DNA of 55,790 bases, the filler included, from Platydemus manokwari (taxonomy: Eukaryota): the NCBI GenBank assembly GCA_037951405.1. It is 4 parts of 4 records of this genome, joined end to end, with 100 filler letters (N's around TTAATTAATTAA, not from the genome) between each part and the next. Parts side by side here need not be neighbours in the genome. Positions count along the whole stretch, not along the records: positions 12,077 to 29,232 come from JBBMOY011114774.1; positions 29,333 to 45,451 come from JBBMOY011193654.1; 2 more parts are not named here. The stretch is one strand, 5' to 3'. Each line of letters begins with the position of its first letter. The stretch's first letter is position 1. This document shows positions 24,270 to 39,700 of this stretch, piece by piece. The position numbers and the translations under genes were made by a program. The notes under the pieces are model-generated. The model was given only the letters and a program-made list of their open reading frames with translations, was not told the origin of the DNA and ran no database searches.

Positions 24270-27200
24270 AACTGGAACTTCTGCAGAATTGCTAGGGATT
24301 TTAGAATCCTTAAATATCGTACAGATGAAAATGATTATTTAAATAACAATATTCAAAATTTCATTATTAACATCGATTTATTATTAAATTGATGAAATAA
24401 TATAACACTGTTTTATAAATTCTACTAAATTTACTTAATAATTAAATTTCTGAACTTTGTTTGTATTTATTCTTTTTGAAATTTTAATATTTGCGAAAAT
24501 TCAAGTGTACTTAATTCAAGTGGAATAATACCATAAGGATATCAATAGCGTAATCATATGAAAAACCTTCGTGCTCGATAAGTTTTGTTTTTGAAAAAAT
24601 AGAAATCATAAACTTATTATGATAACAAGGAAGTGATTTAATGATAAACAATCACCGAAGAGAAAAAACTGAAAATTTCCTCATTCAATGAAACCATATA
24701 TGACTAATATAAACAAATTTTAATTATTTTATTAACTTTTAACATGTTCTTAAAGCTGAATAATTGTAGAAGATTAGTAAGTGTGAAAATTAATTAGTTT
24801 TATAAGTCCGTGATTAATTCAGGTGGGCTTCTCCAGGGATATACCACTTGACAATTTTGTAAATTTTGAAGTGCAAAACAGCATGAATCAATCACAATTA
24901 GGAAAGTGGGATAATTGAACTTAAATAGGAATAAACATCAAATAAAACTGACAATAATTTCACTTATAAAGTTGTGCTATTTAGATAGCTTATAGATAAT
25001 TTTAGATATTTGTATTCTTTGAGACAAACTGCATTTTTAAAAGTATCATTAAGAGAGTATCATTAAAAAAGTATGACATGTTTGAATTAAGCACGTTTTA
25101 TCTTTGTAACAAAAGCTAAATAACTTTCATTTGGTTACAAGCACTCGTGTATATATCCAGAAAATTAGCATTTCATTTAGCATTGTCGAATCACTATGAT
25201 CGAGAATCTAATAACCATTTCCCCATACATGATTGGTGATTCATTTCGTTTCATCATCATTTGAAAAATTTTAAAATTTCATGTTTTTAAATTTTTAATA
25301 TCACTTTAACAAACGTTATTTCATTTGGCTGTTATAAATAAAGAAAGCTTGTGTGTAGATTACAAATAACAGCTGAAAAAAATTAACGGTTTTAGTTTTG
25401 CTAATTATTGCGAGTACAAGTAAACCATTTGTAGTGAGTTGTGGATCTACTATGAATATTTGCTTGTATTTAGTTTTTAATTGGTTTTAATTTTATTTTA
25501 TTTAAGTCAATATTTATCTAGGATACTAAATGTGATATTATATTAATGTTTTAATGTGAAATCATAAATTATTAATGACCAATAATTAATTAAAATGGTA
25601 AATAATCGTTTTTAAAATTACATAAAACTTATAATTTAATTTATAATATTGCATTATAAAATTATATTAAAAGTATTTGAAATTTTTTTCTATTTGTCAT
25701 GAATTAATATTTCCATCTAATCCTTTAAGTCGTTGTGATACAATGCGATACAACAATCTTGTGATTTCAATAACCCTTTGATCAATTATTTTCTTTTACA
25801 TGTATCTCTTCATTTGAATGAAAGTTTTCAATTTCACTTATTGTTAGAAATCTTATAAAAATTAACCATTTCAAAAGATAACAAATTCGTTCCCATAAAA
25901 GAAGCTGCTCCATCAAAATAATTTTATAATAGTAAAAAAAATCATTGGATTGAAAAATTAAAATATGATAGTGCTGGTATATGATATGGTGGTATTGTGA
26001 ATAATCAATGGTTCAGATTTTCCATTTCGGTCAGAATGTGAAAAACAAAAGAAGCAATATTTAGTAAAAATAATTTGAAATATTGAGTTGATATGTCAAC
26101 GAGTTAATGTGAAAAAAATTATCAAAATATCCATGTTATTTGAATTATCGTATTGTAATTGTAGAGTTGACTTTGTTTTGTATTCTGAAATAATTTTGAA
26201 GACGGCCACGATGATTGAATAATCGAATCAAGCAGATATAATCACCAACATATAAAGTTGAAGCAAACCTTATAAAGATTGTATTTACAGACTCTAAATT
26301 TTGTTATGTTAAATCTATTAAAAATCAATATCAAAGAAAGCTTATAATATAATTATATTAATATTATTTAAGTATATACTAAAGTAAAATGCTAGATTTA
26401 TTTATTCATTTGACTATCCAGTCAATTTTAAGCGACGAAAAAAAAACCAAGGACAAACTGAAATTGATACAAAACTAAAAATAAATAAATCTAAAAATAA
26501 AAGTCCTAGTGATTAAATTTATATTACGGATAAATAAAAAGATGTTGTTTTAACTTCAAAAACGACAACGATATTTGTTTTAAATAAAATCAAACTCATA
26601 TCTGATATTGATTTAAACTAATTATCATTTTTGAAAAACATGTCATAAAAACTGTAGCAATAAATTATTTTATATTCAAATTTTATGATCAGTTTCACTC
26701 AATACCACTAGCCGATGTATGGATTCGTCAATTTGGAATATTGTTCGCAATAAACAAATGTATCATTGCATCCATCCATGTATTTACATAATGACTAAGA
26801 TTTGGTTAATAATCCATAACTAGTGCATGTTGTTTTGTAAAGCATCGAGTACATTTCTTTTATTTAATTTATGCGTTTATTTATCAAATAAAATTTTCAA
26901 TCGAAAGTCTGAAAACTAAATAATGAAAAAAACGTTACTGGAAATTTCATGAAAAATTAATATCGAAATGATGTTGATTGGATATTAATTTGTGTACAAT
27001 ATACCGTCATCATTCTGCAACTCATGATTGTTTGCATTGTGAACTTCATACCAAATGGCATCTTAGTCATTTAATTTATTAATGTCAAATAACTCGAGTG
27101 GAGCTACTGTTTTTTTTTCATTATAACATGTCAGTGGAAACCATTTTGTTTTCTATACTATTTTGAACAAAAAACCTATTTCGGTTTTTGTTTAATCATT

Positions 27201-29232
27201 CAATTCGACTACCAGTAAAATTTACGAGAAATTTTCAATTCAGTTGATTATATTCATATAGTTGAATATTGTCGGAATCTTTCAATATTTCGTTTTTAAT
27301 TCATATGAAAAATGATTTATTAGAAAATATTCAGATGGACAGTGTTGGAAAAAATCATTTCCTATATCTTATATTAGGGATTATTAATTTTACAACGATA
27401 TAATAATCAGATGAATTTAATTAAATTATTTGCTTTAAATATTGATATTCGTGTCTCATTAATGAATTATTATTTACAGCGATAGACACTTATTTTTCAT
27501 TTTCTCCAAATAAATGTAAAAAAAAAACATTAAATAAAATATTGCAAATGCCGATTTTTATTTTCAAATTTTTGGTTTATAAAATGTAATTTTAATTTCG
27601 ATTTGATATTTCATTTTAAAAATAAACGATTGGCGCATTTGTTTATTAAGAAAATCCTCGTAAACAAATCCGTATTTCGAGAATGCTTTGTACTGTTCAA
27701 AAATAGACTATTGTAGGTTGTTTTAGTCATTGATAGAAATTTTATAATATTTTGTTATTTCTGCAACAGAAAAATAATACAAAGGATTTAAGTGAACATG
27801 GAAGAAACATTAGAAAATTGGCAGTTATGTGAATTCATGACTCATACATCATTTAGGCTTCTTGCCCACGCTCAAATTTGTAGTAGTATGTTGAATAATT
27901 GTTTCACATGCTTGTTATCAAATTAGTATCAGTTAAAATCAAAGCTTCACATAAATAATCAGTGCAATTTGTCAATTTTTATGTGAGAAATTATTCTTTT
28001 AATTGTATTTCAAGACAATTTGACATATAACAATAATATTGTATGAAAATAATTCCATAATGTTAATAAAGAAATATTACAAAATTAAAACAATAAAATT
28101 CCAAACGATGCAATTTACATGTTAACAAATTATTTACAACTGATATGTTAATTGATAACATATTTTTGGTTTCATTATCTTGGTTACTTTTAAAAATTTT
28201 TTAAAAATTTCAATTTACAGAATAATTATGTTTTCCATGTCCATAATCATTGGGCTTCATTTTTGTTTATATATAGCTTTTAGCTACAATTGACGTGTTT
28301 TAATAATATGAAAATGGACGTGTTTGTTATTTCAAAACATTTAATTTACTTTTTCATCACTTCAAGGAGTCGTTTTGAAAAACAATTTTCAAATAGCATT
28401 TGAAGATGAGTCCTGGGTGGTGGATTCCAAAACATATTTGAAAATACATCTTCACTATTATTATGAGAACGAGTTATTGCAAATTTATATGTGTTGTAAT
28501 AAATTTTGATTCCGTTTCGACATATTTTATATTTAATCTGATATTGTAGTAAACAATTATCCAAAATTGTTACGAAATTTTATATTTCTATTTTAGCTCA
28601 ACTAAATTATAATACTAAATAAGGTTTTAAGCGTTGAAATATATGGTCAAATCATATTGTTCTATCATTGAAAAATGTTTTTAAACATTAACGTTAATTT
28701 ATATATTAATTATTAATTGAAGAGTTGTTTTAATGCATCACTTTCTCTTATATAAGACAATTTTATATTAAGATAATTATGTAAGGTTCCTGGATTTATT
28801 CATTTTATTAAATATTCATTTAAAAACACAAAATTTCGTGTTGGTTTGAAAATTTTTCGAACCCCTACTAAACATTTTTTAGAAGAACTTCAAAAATAAA
28901 ATTTTCCCTCTTAAATTATGGTAATTGTATATATTATTTCATGAACATTGGACATAAGAAAAATAATTACTTGTACGATCAAAATTATGAATTCTTAAAA
29001 AAAATAAACTTTATATACATGTGCGTGTCGGTATCGTGATAAATAATGGCCCAGTTAGAATAATTTCAATTTATTTTCCATGTCAAATAACATAAACAAC
29101 GAGTAATTGAATAAAACGATGTAACACTACAGACAATTTATTAATAAGCTTAGAAAAATGTATGGATTTACTAATATTCTACAATAATATTTTCGTGCCA
29201 ATTATTATCATATATATGTCAATTTGGTAAAC

Positions 29233-29332
29233 NNNNNNNNNNNNNNNNNNNNNNNNNNNNNNNNNNNNNNNNNNNNTTAATTAATTAANNNNNNNNNNNN
29301 NNNNNNNNNNNNNNNNNNNNNNNNNNNNNNNN
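29233..29332. other. Artificial assembly spacer N44-TTAATTAATTAA-N44
   Basis: Same 100-nt structure as at 11977. Confidence 0.98.
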
Positions 29333-30572
29333 ACGTACTGTCATGCACACATTTTTCAATGTAAATCAATTGTTTTAATCAACTAGTTGGGCCAGAACCC
29401 CAACAAAATTATTTATGCTTAATATATTCTCCATGTCTGTTTTGAACTCTAAAATCGGATCTTAAGCCATTAATCAGCTGTTTAGAAAATATTATCGATT
29501 TTAAATATATATCAGTTACAATTTTCTTCAAAATCAAAAATTCAGATAGAAATATGAAATAAATAGATCTTTTTGAATTTCCCAATGACCAAGTTGTATC
29601 TATATTTCAGGACATTGAGAGAAGAGTATTCCAGTTTATTTATAATACTGATTTAATTCTACCAGTTTGTAATGGAATCAATAATTTTGAAGTTGTGTTT
29701 GAAATTTATTGATGTCATTGGAAAATTGAATTTATATAATTAGGAGAGATTATTTCACTGATGATTGAGTCTTTAAATCATTTCGATTCAATCGTATTAC
29801 ACAGAAATTTCAATTCATCAATAGACTGTGTACCAAATAAATTTATAGTTATCAGTATACTGCAATTAGATCTAATGATTTGATCAATGGTATACACTTT
29901 TGAACAGAAACAACATATTTCTATGAATTCGCAACACTTCTTTCGTATTAGCTTATTTGTTAACAGACATTAAATTTTAAAAATGGAGCCTAAACCGATA
30001 TTGAATACAAAGATATGTCTATATTGTGAGATTAATGGCAAGGAAGAGATTAACTTGAGGTGATCTGTGATAAATTAAATTTAATAAATCGATATAAGCT
30101 AGTTTTTTAAATTTAATTTACCTATCAGATTGTGTGATCCAAAATCCACATGTGCTATTTTACATGATCCTAGAGATGTAAAGATAGGATAGTAGATCAC
30201 AGTCTATACTAATTAGCAGAGATCATTGGGCCGTAAATATCCCATAATATATTGGAATATGATCTTGAATAAGTAAAAGGTCACTCTGTTGGTTATGGTG
30301 TTTAAAAATGTAACACTTTATGTGGATAAACAACTTTCATCCACTGTACCATGCCCAGAAATACGCTTATTTGGTCTGATAACCTACAGCTTATATCAGC
30401 AACAGGATATCTATTTATATGTGGTTTAAATTAACATGCCCAATTACAAAATGACATTCGAATCGAAGACTCGGTGAAGAGCTTTCAATTATCGTTACTG
30501 GGCCATTTTTAATGGAAGATTTTTATCATAAATCGATAATTGCACATAATAATAATTCCCAATATCGATTAA

Positions 30573-30599
<27 letters not shown>
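30573..30599. repeat. (AT)n microsatellite
   Basis: Perfect dinucleotide run seen directly. Confidence 0.95.
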
Positions 30600-30605
<6 letters not shown>

Positions 30606-31052
30606 TACTGTAATATTATTGGTGAATTGATTAGGAGAAAAATGTATTATATGTATCTGTAATGAAAATATTTTTTGTGTTCTGCTTATATAGAGTTTTT
30701 GAGGTTGTTATTTGAATCAAAATCCTTGATTAACATTTGATAAGGCCCTGAATATCTCATCATTATTTTAAATTATCCATAATTGCGATCATCTGTTATG
30801 ACGATATCATAGAAAAAATCAATTCATCAATACCACAACACAATCACAGTCCAACTCACTTAATATCAACCTAATCGAACAATTCGTTCACCATTTACTA
30901 TTGATTATTAGTAATTTATTTTGTTAAATCACCTTGTTTAATGTTGTAAAGTTGTTAGATACATCTAAAGATAGATAGACAAAAACCGCTCGTAATTCTT
31001 GAAGAATCTGAGAGATATGATTAAGTGTATTCGGTTTTAAATTAATTTCTAC

Positions 31053-33215
31053 CGCTGCTTGTTCAAGAGCGGACGAGGTTCTAGATAAAATATATTATTC
31101 AATATTCCAAAAAATATTGGATTTAAAAAATTATAAGTATTTTTAAACTGTGATCGAGGTCTTAAATTATTAGAAAAATCGCAGAAAGACCTCGACATCT
31201 CGGGACAAAATCATCTAAAAAATATATATAATATCTCTCATTAACTAATTGTTTCGATACAAAAATATTATCTTCACTTACATGAAAGGTTGTATTCATA
31301 AATAAAGTTGTTCTCGACATTAATGGAAATGGATTAAATATTAAAAAAAAACTTATCGCAGAGCTCATTATGACTGATAAAAACAAACAGCCAATCTACA
31401 AATCCGAAGAGTAAGAATAATCTCGATCGATAAATGAATTAATTTTGCTGAAGCTTCAATGATAATGAAATTCTATGTAAGCTCACGAATTCAACTGGGT
31501 TGTGAGCGAATAAATTTATTTCCGTCACAACTGAGAATGTGGAACAAACATAGTGAAAAATTTCCCATCCAGACGATTTTTAATGATCAAAAAACTTTCT
31601 AATGATAAATCGAACTGGAAATACTTTTTGCTGAACAAATTTTTGGCTATTAAAATATTAGTGTTCGTCCCACACAAGTTTATTCATGTGTTTTGATTAT
31701 CTAATTAAAAGATAATTGGATAGATTCGTTATCGATAACAAAAGCTGTTTTGAAAAGAATACATTTATCGAATATATCCATTATGCGACATCAATCACAA
31801 ACTCAATTATCGGTTTATCTTCCAGTTTGAAAATACACCACTTACATTTTTTTATTCGTTGCAGATATTGATTAGAATGATTTTAATAGATTAAAAATAA
31901 TCTTGTAAATATTGTACCTAAATTGGGCTTATCAATAGTTCGGATATTCCAGACTGTTTGAATCTGCCAAAGGCTTTCATCCTCACAAACTATCTCTTTG
32001 TCTGATTTGATACCAAATCAAAAATTATGAAGTATAATGTTGTTTCGGTTTTATTAACGAAATATCGTTAACACTTGAGCTCTGGGTTCCTGAATTATTT
32101 TTATCATGGTATGAGTCGTGTCACTATCTATAAAATAATAACCACAAAAGATATGAACATGACATTATGCATATTTATAGCCAGGTAATGTATCTCCTAA
32201 CTGGTATATTAATAGTAAGGGCTTAAAGAGCTAGAATTAAATCGTGGTTATATATTCATTATATTGAGTTGTTGCATTCGAGGTAACAAAGATAAATGTA
32301 TACATAGTTATAAAACAAAAATGGATTTTGAAAATAATTTTCAATTCGATTTTTTCTCTTAACTATCGATTGGACATTCTAAATGAAACAAACTCCACAG
32401 ATTTGACATATGAAATGAAAACGCCCAAATCAATTAAGTAAGTTAATACTGAATCTTTCTGTGATATAAATTTGTGATGAATAAATTATTATTCTGAGCT
32501 GTTCGATTATTTTATGACGATTCGAAATCTCAATTTTATTTTATTGATTCCTATTTCTGTAGGATAATAATTTTATAAATTATTATTTTCATTGTACCAT
32601 TTTTCAGGTCTCAAAGCACTGTTCGATTCGATATTAATATTTTAAATATGTATTTTATCATTTTGGTTGGTTTGTGTATATTAAGATAGATGGGTTTAAC
32701 TTGTTAATTGACCTCGTTTGACAGGATAGTGAATTACTGTGAACTTTAGTTATTAAAATAATTATGGGATAAGGTAAAAAAATAATTATTATTTAATAAC
32801 GAACTGAAAAGTGACGACTCCAAATTATATGTTTAATAGAAATTATATAAACAAAATAATATAATTTATAATAAAATTTGAAATGAATTTTTCTAAAAAT
32901 TTAATTCATTTAAAATTCTCACAGTTAAGAAAAGATATTCTTTGACATAGTTATATTATGATGAATCTTAGCATGGTGTTTAATTTCAAAATTAATTTTA
33001 AATTTATTATTTTAAAATTCCATATCAAAATTTAGTTTTAGAAAAAATTTTATTTTCACAGGAAAATTGTATGATTTAATTGTATTTCAAATTGTTCTGA
33101 ACCTGGATTGTAGAAACATTTTCAACGGTTAACCTTGTCATTTTAATAACCGAGTCTTCGAAGTCAGTGATAAGATTTCCAATAAATGATTGAGTCGATA
33201 TTAACCACCCCTTAG
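31053..33215 (-). CDS. Candidate exons of an unassigned gene (33215-33103, 32001-31918, 31080-31053)
   Basis: GC-richer patches bounded by YAG and GT with open frames: KGWLISTQSFIGNLITDFEDSVIKMTRLTVENVSTIQ; KEIVCEDESLWQIQTVWNIRTIDKPNL; EPRPLLNKQR. The last two are phase-compatible. I could not assemble a complete model and recognise no homologue. Confidence 0.3.
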
Positions 33216-34565
33216 CTGATTATAAAAAAAGATTTTTTTGAATCTGATTATCTTTTCTTTTTCTATGATATTCGATATAAAAGGATTACGAAGATAGATC
33301 CTAAGAAATGTTCAGGAATTGTGTTTAAATATCCTTTTTCACAAAACATAAACTACGAAAATAATTTTTTTTCTGAATATTTAAACAATACAAATAATCT
33401 GCATTTATATTTTTTATATTTTTTAAAATTTTTTGAAAAAAATTATTTAATCAATACAATTGTTTATATGTTATTGACTTTAAATTTAGTAGAATGCTAC
33501 TACACGTTTCGAACAAATTTTGAGAAGTTAGCTAAAGATATTTGTGAGGTTTATAATTCAAACCATCACTGTAACCTCTCAATTTGTTAAAAAGTATGTT
33601 GAAAAATCATTTTTAAAAATTAAAATTAAAATGTGTGAAAATAATCGAATATTTGTTTGAAAAAGATGAAATAGAAATATATTATTTATGCGGTAAAATT
33701 ATGTCTTCTGAATTAGACGTGAGACATGAAGAAGTGTTAGCTACTAACAATATTAATAAAATCAATATCTGACCGATGTCTGTGTGTTATCAGTATTTAG
33801 GTTGCGAGTTTAAGCATTTTATTCTGGGTACAAACATGAATATGAAGTAACAATAAGATAAATTCGAATAACAATGATAACAAACCTATTCGCTGTCATG
33901 TCCTGAAGTTCGCAGTAACCATAATTCTAGTGACAGTTATAAGTAGCTCTAATTCTAGTCAAAAAAAGTTTGTTGGAATGTCATTTTGGAAAGATGAGTA
34001 TATTCTTCTGTTAGATATTTATTGATTAAATGTCGATAACTCAAATTTGTATTCAATATAATATCGTCACACTAAATTCTTGTTCATAGACTGATTTTAC
34101 TCAGGAAATAAAACCCAAAAAATATAGAGATGACCATGGGTTTAGCACCAGCAAGAAAAATATGCAGAAAGTAATTGACCATAAAAGACTGACAATTGCT
34201 ACTTAGAGTAATACTTGTTACCTATGAAAGTTTTACGAGTTTCAAGCAATGTCTTGGGCATTAATTTTTATTTATTAAAGATTTCTTAATGGTTTTGATT
34301 TGAAGTTTTTCTTTATTATTTACTACCAATGGCCAATCTCATAAATCGTTTTTTTTGTTGGTATGTCTCTATTGAAAGCTAAAGTTCAATCATTCTCTGA
34401 TTGGATCATGTGTTTACCTATCATTGTGTATAACATTGTTGTGAACTTGAGACCTAATTTCAGGCCTGTAACCGTATTTTTAAATTGCTTTTGACACAAT
34501 CGATCTTCTTCAGCCCGATTTCACTGACTTAAGAATAATAAAAAAAAATCTTGCTCGTTGTGGAC

Positions 34566-34780
34566 TTCGAATTTAATCTAATTTTAGGAGATTTTTAAGC
34601 TCTAGTGTATTTAATATTTGATTTCAAATAACTAAAATCTTCTTAAGTACTTCAATAAAAAATTTTAAATGTTTTCAAAGAATATAATTAAATAAACTAT
34701 ATAGAATTTTGCAAAACATTCAACAAATTTAAAATTTCATTTTCGGACCCTTTTTTATCTTTAACCCAAAGTTTAAATAA
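34566..34780 (+). repeat. Dispersed AT-rich repeat, copy 2
   Basis: ttcgaatttaatctaattttaggagattttt...gatttcaaataactaaaatcttcttaagtacttcaataaaaaatt... aligns by eye with the other copies. Confidence 0.85.
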
Positions 34781-36763
34781 AAAACCAAATATAGAGATGC
34801 AATAAAGATAAAATTAATCATGAGAGTTAATGAGCAATATTAAATTCATCCAACAACTAAAATATATTCCATTCATAAAATATCTGGTGAATAGAATAAA
34901 TAATTACCAGCATTTCTATCTGATTTAGCAATTAACTTAACACTTAATAAAATAATCACGTGAAACAAAGCCCTTTGTCGTAATATATCAATGACAAAAT
35001 TAAATATAATAGAAGCCTCTATCGAGGAAATATCAACTCGGATTAAATTCCATTATAATCAAATAACGAACTCGCATTTTAGTGGAAATTCGTCCCGAAT
35101 GAACACCGCTATAAATAGTCTCTAAATATCAGTAGCCTATGCCCATTATTTACTTTAAAATCAATTTAATATTGATATTGTTTGCTCGAGGATCAATCCC
35201 TAGGATGCTTAAGAACTTGTTCGATTGTAAATTCATCGATTATTTATAATTCTCGCATATTCTTTCTATTTATCGGATTAATCATAAACATTTTAAACAA
35301 ATTGGTTTTAGTTCTCTGGGGAGTTTATTAACCACAAGCTTTTCTAAAAGTTGTAGCCAAAACTTTTATCCTTTACATGTAGACAATTATTAGTTCTTAT
35401 AAATCCTTTGTATAAGTGTATAATTGTATTCAATTTTATTTATTAAAAGTGTATTCAAGTCGAATAGTCGTTCTAATATTGAAGTTGGGAAGTACCATAA
35501 GGAATCATTTTATTTTCGATAAAAATCAACTACAGTGTGAAATAATTACCTTTGGAAAGGTGCAATCGAAGCAATCAAGTATTTTAAAATAGGAATAAAA
35601 TTAATAAAGAATATCTAGAGCCACTTCTCTAATCTTAAAACAAGGATTAGATTTGATCGAAGCGAAGGATAAACATAGAATAAGGTTTTGTGTTTACCTG
35701 TGGGTCATTCGAACTCCAGAGTACTGATAAGTCACGGGTAATGCCAAATGGTGTTTGCATAAAAGAAATTATAAATAATAATAATAATGATAATAATAAG
35801 CAAAAATTTTTAGACCCAAAAAACAATTTTATGATTGTATATAAGGTTAGCTGTTCAAATACTCTATATTTATAAGATCGCACTTTGGTCATATCACAAA
35901 AATATAGAACGATACTTAGGATACTGTTATTAAACATTTTGTCTTGGACTTTATCCTGAATTATAAATACTAAAAATATATTCATCTATGAATTTTGCGC
36001 TTTATAAAAATCAACGCTTTCTTGATAAATCAAATCCAAGTAAAATAAATATATTTGATGTAATTAATAGCAATAAATGCGACCAATTAACTTAACCATT
36101 AACGCGATTTAAGTTTCATCATTCTTTCAAGAGTTTCAAAATATTTTTCACTATATTGATCGATTCGAACGCAATTATTATCGAGTCTTACAACAACTTA
36201 TCTCCAAATCATTACAGATCGGTTTGGTGTTGGTCCCGGTATTCAAAAACTAATCAAAAATAGTAAATCTAATTACATTTCTACTATATTTATTGTAGCT
36301 AAATATTACAATAATGATGTGAATTATAAATTGCCAGATAGGTTATTTTCTCTTCAATAAATCATTTGATTACTCGTTCTTGTAGTAACTCTCACAACGT
36401 AGAGGAGATAATTTTGAATGAAATACTTCTTAACGTGATATATTTGTTTATATGTTATTTAACCAACTATCATATGCGAATCAATTCTAACAATATATTT
36501 ATCTTGGAATCCAACAAATATTTTGCGTCAACTGATGTGATATTTTGAAGATATTTTTGTAGGTTTTATTTAAATAATATTGAGCTATTTAGATAAGACT
36601 ATTAAAAACAATCTGCAAACAATATTCTCATTTCTCTCTCATTTGTCAATAATATATTACATATGGACTAGTGATTGGAACCAATGTGAAAACATCAAAA
36701 ACAACAGTGAGCTAAAAAGAATTATGACGAATATATTGAATCGATAGTCCAAAAATAGTGTTT

Positions 36764-39700
36764 TTATAGTAAATGCTTTTCTCTAGCTATGCTGAAAAAT
36801 TTCTGAAAAGCTGGAATGTTAGAACTCGATTGCATAGCTCTCAAAAAAATCGATTTATTATCGATTTCTGTGCTGGGATCTCGAGCCATATCTTGAACGA
36901 ATGCTATTGCCGCAAGGCAAAGAGAAGTTTCTAATTCTACCATATTGTAATCTCCTCTTTCAAAATGGGTCAGCCAATCAAGGCATTGACTGAATCTGAA
37001 AAACAACTCAATTATTATTAACAAAATCATAATAATATAGATGATAATAATAATAGAACCAATAATAATAATTGTTATTATAATTGTAATGCTAATAAAT
37101 CACAGTGTTATTCATATTAATAAATAATTATCAACTGGTTTATTGGTGCAATATCATCGTGTCATTTAACCATGGAATTATATTGATGAAAATTCATTGA
37201 ATAGTTAAGAATTGAAAATAATAAAGCAAAAGTTGTTTTAATCAGTGATAATAATCAATAATGCTTTATTATAGGGGATGTAATTGTTGCTCAGTAATGA
37301 ATGTTTTCAATAATAAATTGGTGAGTTTAAAACAAGATTCAAACAAGAATACAACTTATTTTACCTCAACATGTTACATCATAATATTACATCACACATC
37401 ACATTTTATATTTTTATTCTGAATTCTCAAAAATGTTAATAATAAACAGATTATCACGTCCCGGTAGGGATTTATAAATATTAACCATTGGCAATTCCCA
37501 AACCGACAGACTGTTTTGTAGGATAGATTATCCAATTATCTATCTTGCTCATTGATGAGCCCAGAATCATTTTATCATTATTTATCTCCAAGCCATGAAT
37601 GCGTGTGTTACATAATCACTAACGCTGAATTTTCAATTTTACAATTGTCAATCACGATATTACATGTTAAATCAAACGGTCAAATAAGCATAACCCAAAA
37701 TCACACTCACGATACCAAAATTAATAAATTTACAACCGGATCAGTACCCGAAAGAGAAAACCACCACAAAAGATTGGTCATTAGAATGATCACACAAAAT
37801 AATAAGACAGACAGAAGTTTACCAAACATGAAAGTCAGGAAGTTACTTCTCGTATCTGTTTCCTATTATAGGCATGTCGTGTATGTTTGTGTTGACTCGT
37901 AGCTTTATTATTTTATTCCCTGAAACTGTCTACAAAGTGCTTTAGCAGCAGAGTTTACCATTGGCTTTTCTTGATACCTGCTGCCTGTTGTTGATGCTCC
38001 CCAATTGAAGATCGAATTCTATTTATGGAATGTATTTTGGATGCATTTGATTGGCTATTGGCAAGTGCGCCCGTCAAGTCTGTGTGTTTTGGTTGTTTTC
38101 TTGAAGTTATTTTGCTTTGGTTTTGTTTCGCACGCAACACATACATGATTATGGTTTCATATTAGCACATCCATCACAAATCTCAAATTATAATTGTTAA
38201 TATCAAGCAGCAATTATGAATTCTCGGAAAATATTGATTTTAAATTAGATTCCAATTATACCACGAATTTACAATCGAATAGTGGGTGAAATGGTGTTAA
38301 ATTTGAATAATGGAATGGTCAATTAAAAAGTGCTATTCGATTCTAAGTCAAATCAGATTTTTTAAATAGACCACCTCAATTATAGCCTAACTAATCAATT
38401 TTACTGAATAAATTAGAAAACACTTATAAACAAAAATAATTTAAACTTTTAACCATTAAGAACCTCTGTAAACTAAATATCTAAACTGAAGTTTTGATAT
38501 TCACACTCATTGTCACTTCTCAAATGGAACTCAGCATAATCTACACCGATTAATCTCAAAAATTCTCACTAATACACTACCTGACCCTGATTCCACATCA
38601 CAATTCACAACAGTCACCTTCACCACGTTTTCCATCAAAGTATATGTAATATATCTCAACTCAATCAAAGTATTTTACAATTCTCGAATCTGTTGACAAT
38701 AGAAGATTACCGATCTTTTCCATATCAGAATAGGAAAATTATACAAAAAACTTTTTAAATGAACCCGAGGGTTTAATTCCACTGGGTCGTGAAGTGATCA
38801 TTTTTATGAACAATAAATATCAATATTTAACACTGTCAGATGGGAATGGACAAAATTTCGTTCAGCAAATCCTCGTAAACTTTACAAAGATAAATTTACA
38901 ATTTTAACATGAAAATCATTCTTGAAATGCATATCGGATAATAAAATGAGAACTTACAATGCTCGCAAACAACTTCGGAATGATGATCCTGATGCTATCA
39001 GAACAATTGTTGTGGCCCAAATAGAGAGTGTATCTGGTCGACAACAAGTGAGACTTTGGAGAACCAATAAGGTCCATTTTCTGATGAGTTTTTCACCATC
39101 AGTTTGATTCAAACATTTCGTAATAACCTAAAATATAGTAATTATTTCAAAGAGATGAGATAAGATTGATATATTATCGATTAATTGCGTAACACATGCC
39201 GATTATGCAAAGATCAGAATCAATAAATCCTATTCAAAAGACATTTTAAAATCACAATGCAAAGATTCTAATTCAGATAATATTGATGTCAATCATAATA
39301 AGTTTTAATTCGCGATCTTATACTATTGATAATGAAAATTTGTGTCATCTGAATTCGACCGATCAAAATATTAAAGTAGAATCTATACTTGGTTGGTTTT
39401 TGGATGGAAAATATTCTTCAGAATCATTTCCATCAATAATGATACGAAAGTGACGATATTTCGTTGATTTACTAAAAGGAACTATTTAAATTATAGCTTC
39501 GAGCAATTAATTTATTAAGAGAATAACACACAATTCATTCTATAATTATTAGATCCATAATAAATGCTTACATCAAATAATGTTTTCGCCACACACTGAG
39601 ACCGTGGCCAGCTCCTCAACAATTGATGTATGGTCTTGTTAAGTAATTCTTCTCCTGACATAAAATCGGTCATGATGTTGGAAATCAGACGACTGAGAAT

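Noticed and set aside
37552-38146. ORFs 37552-37902 (+) and 37955-38146 (-) as nested genes in the last HTT intron
   Set aside because: No recognisable domain. The GC-richer patch is more likely a repeat remnant and cannot be classified from the sequence.
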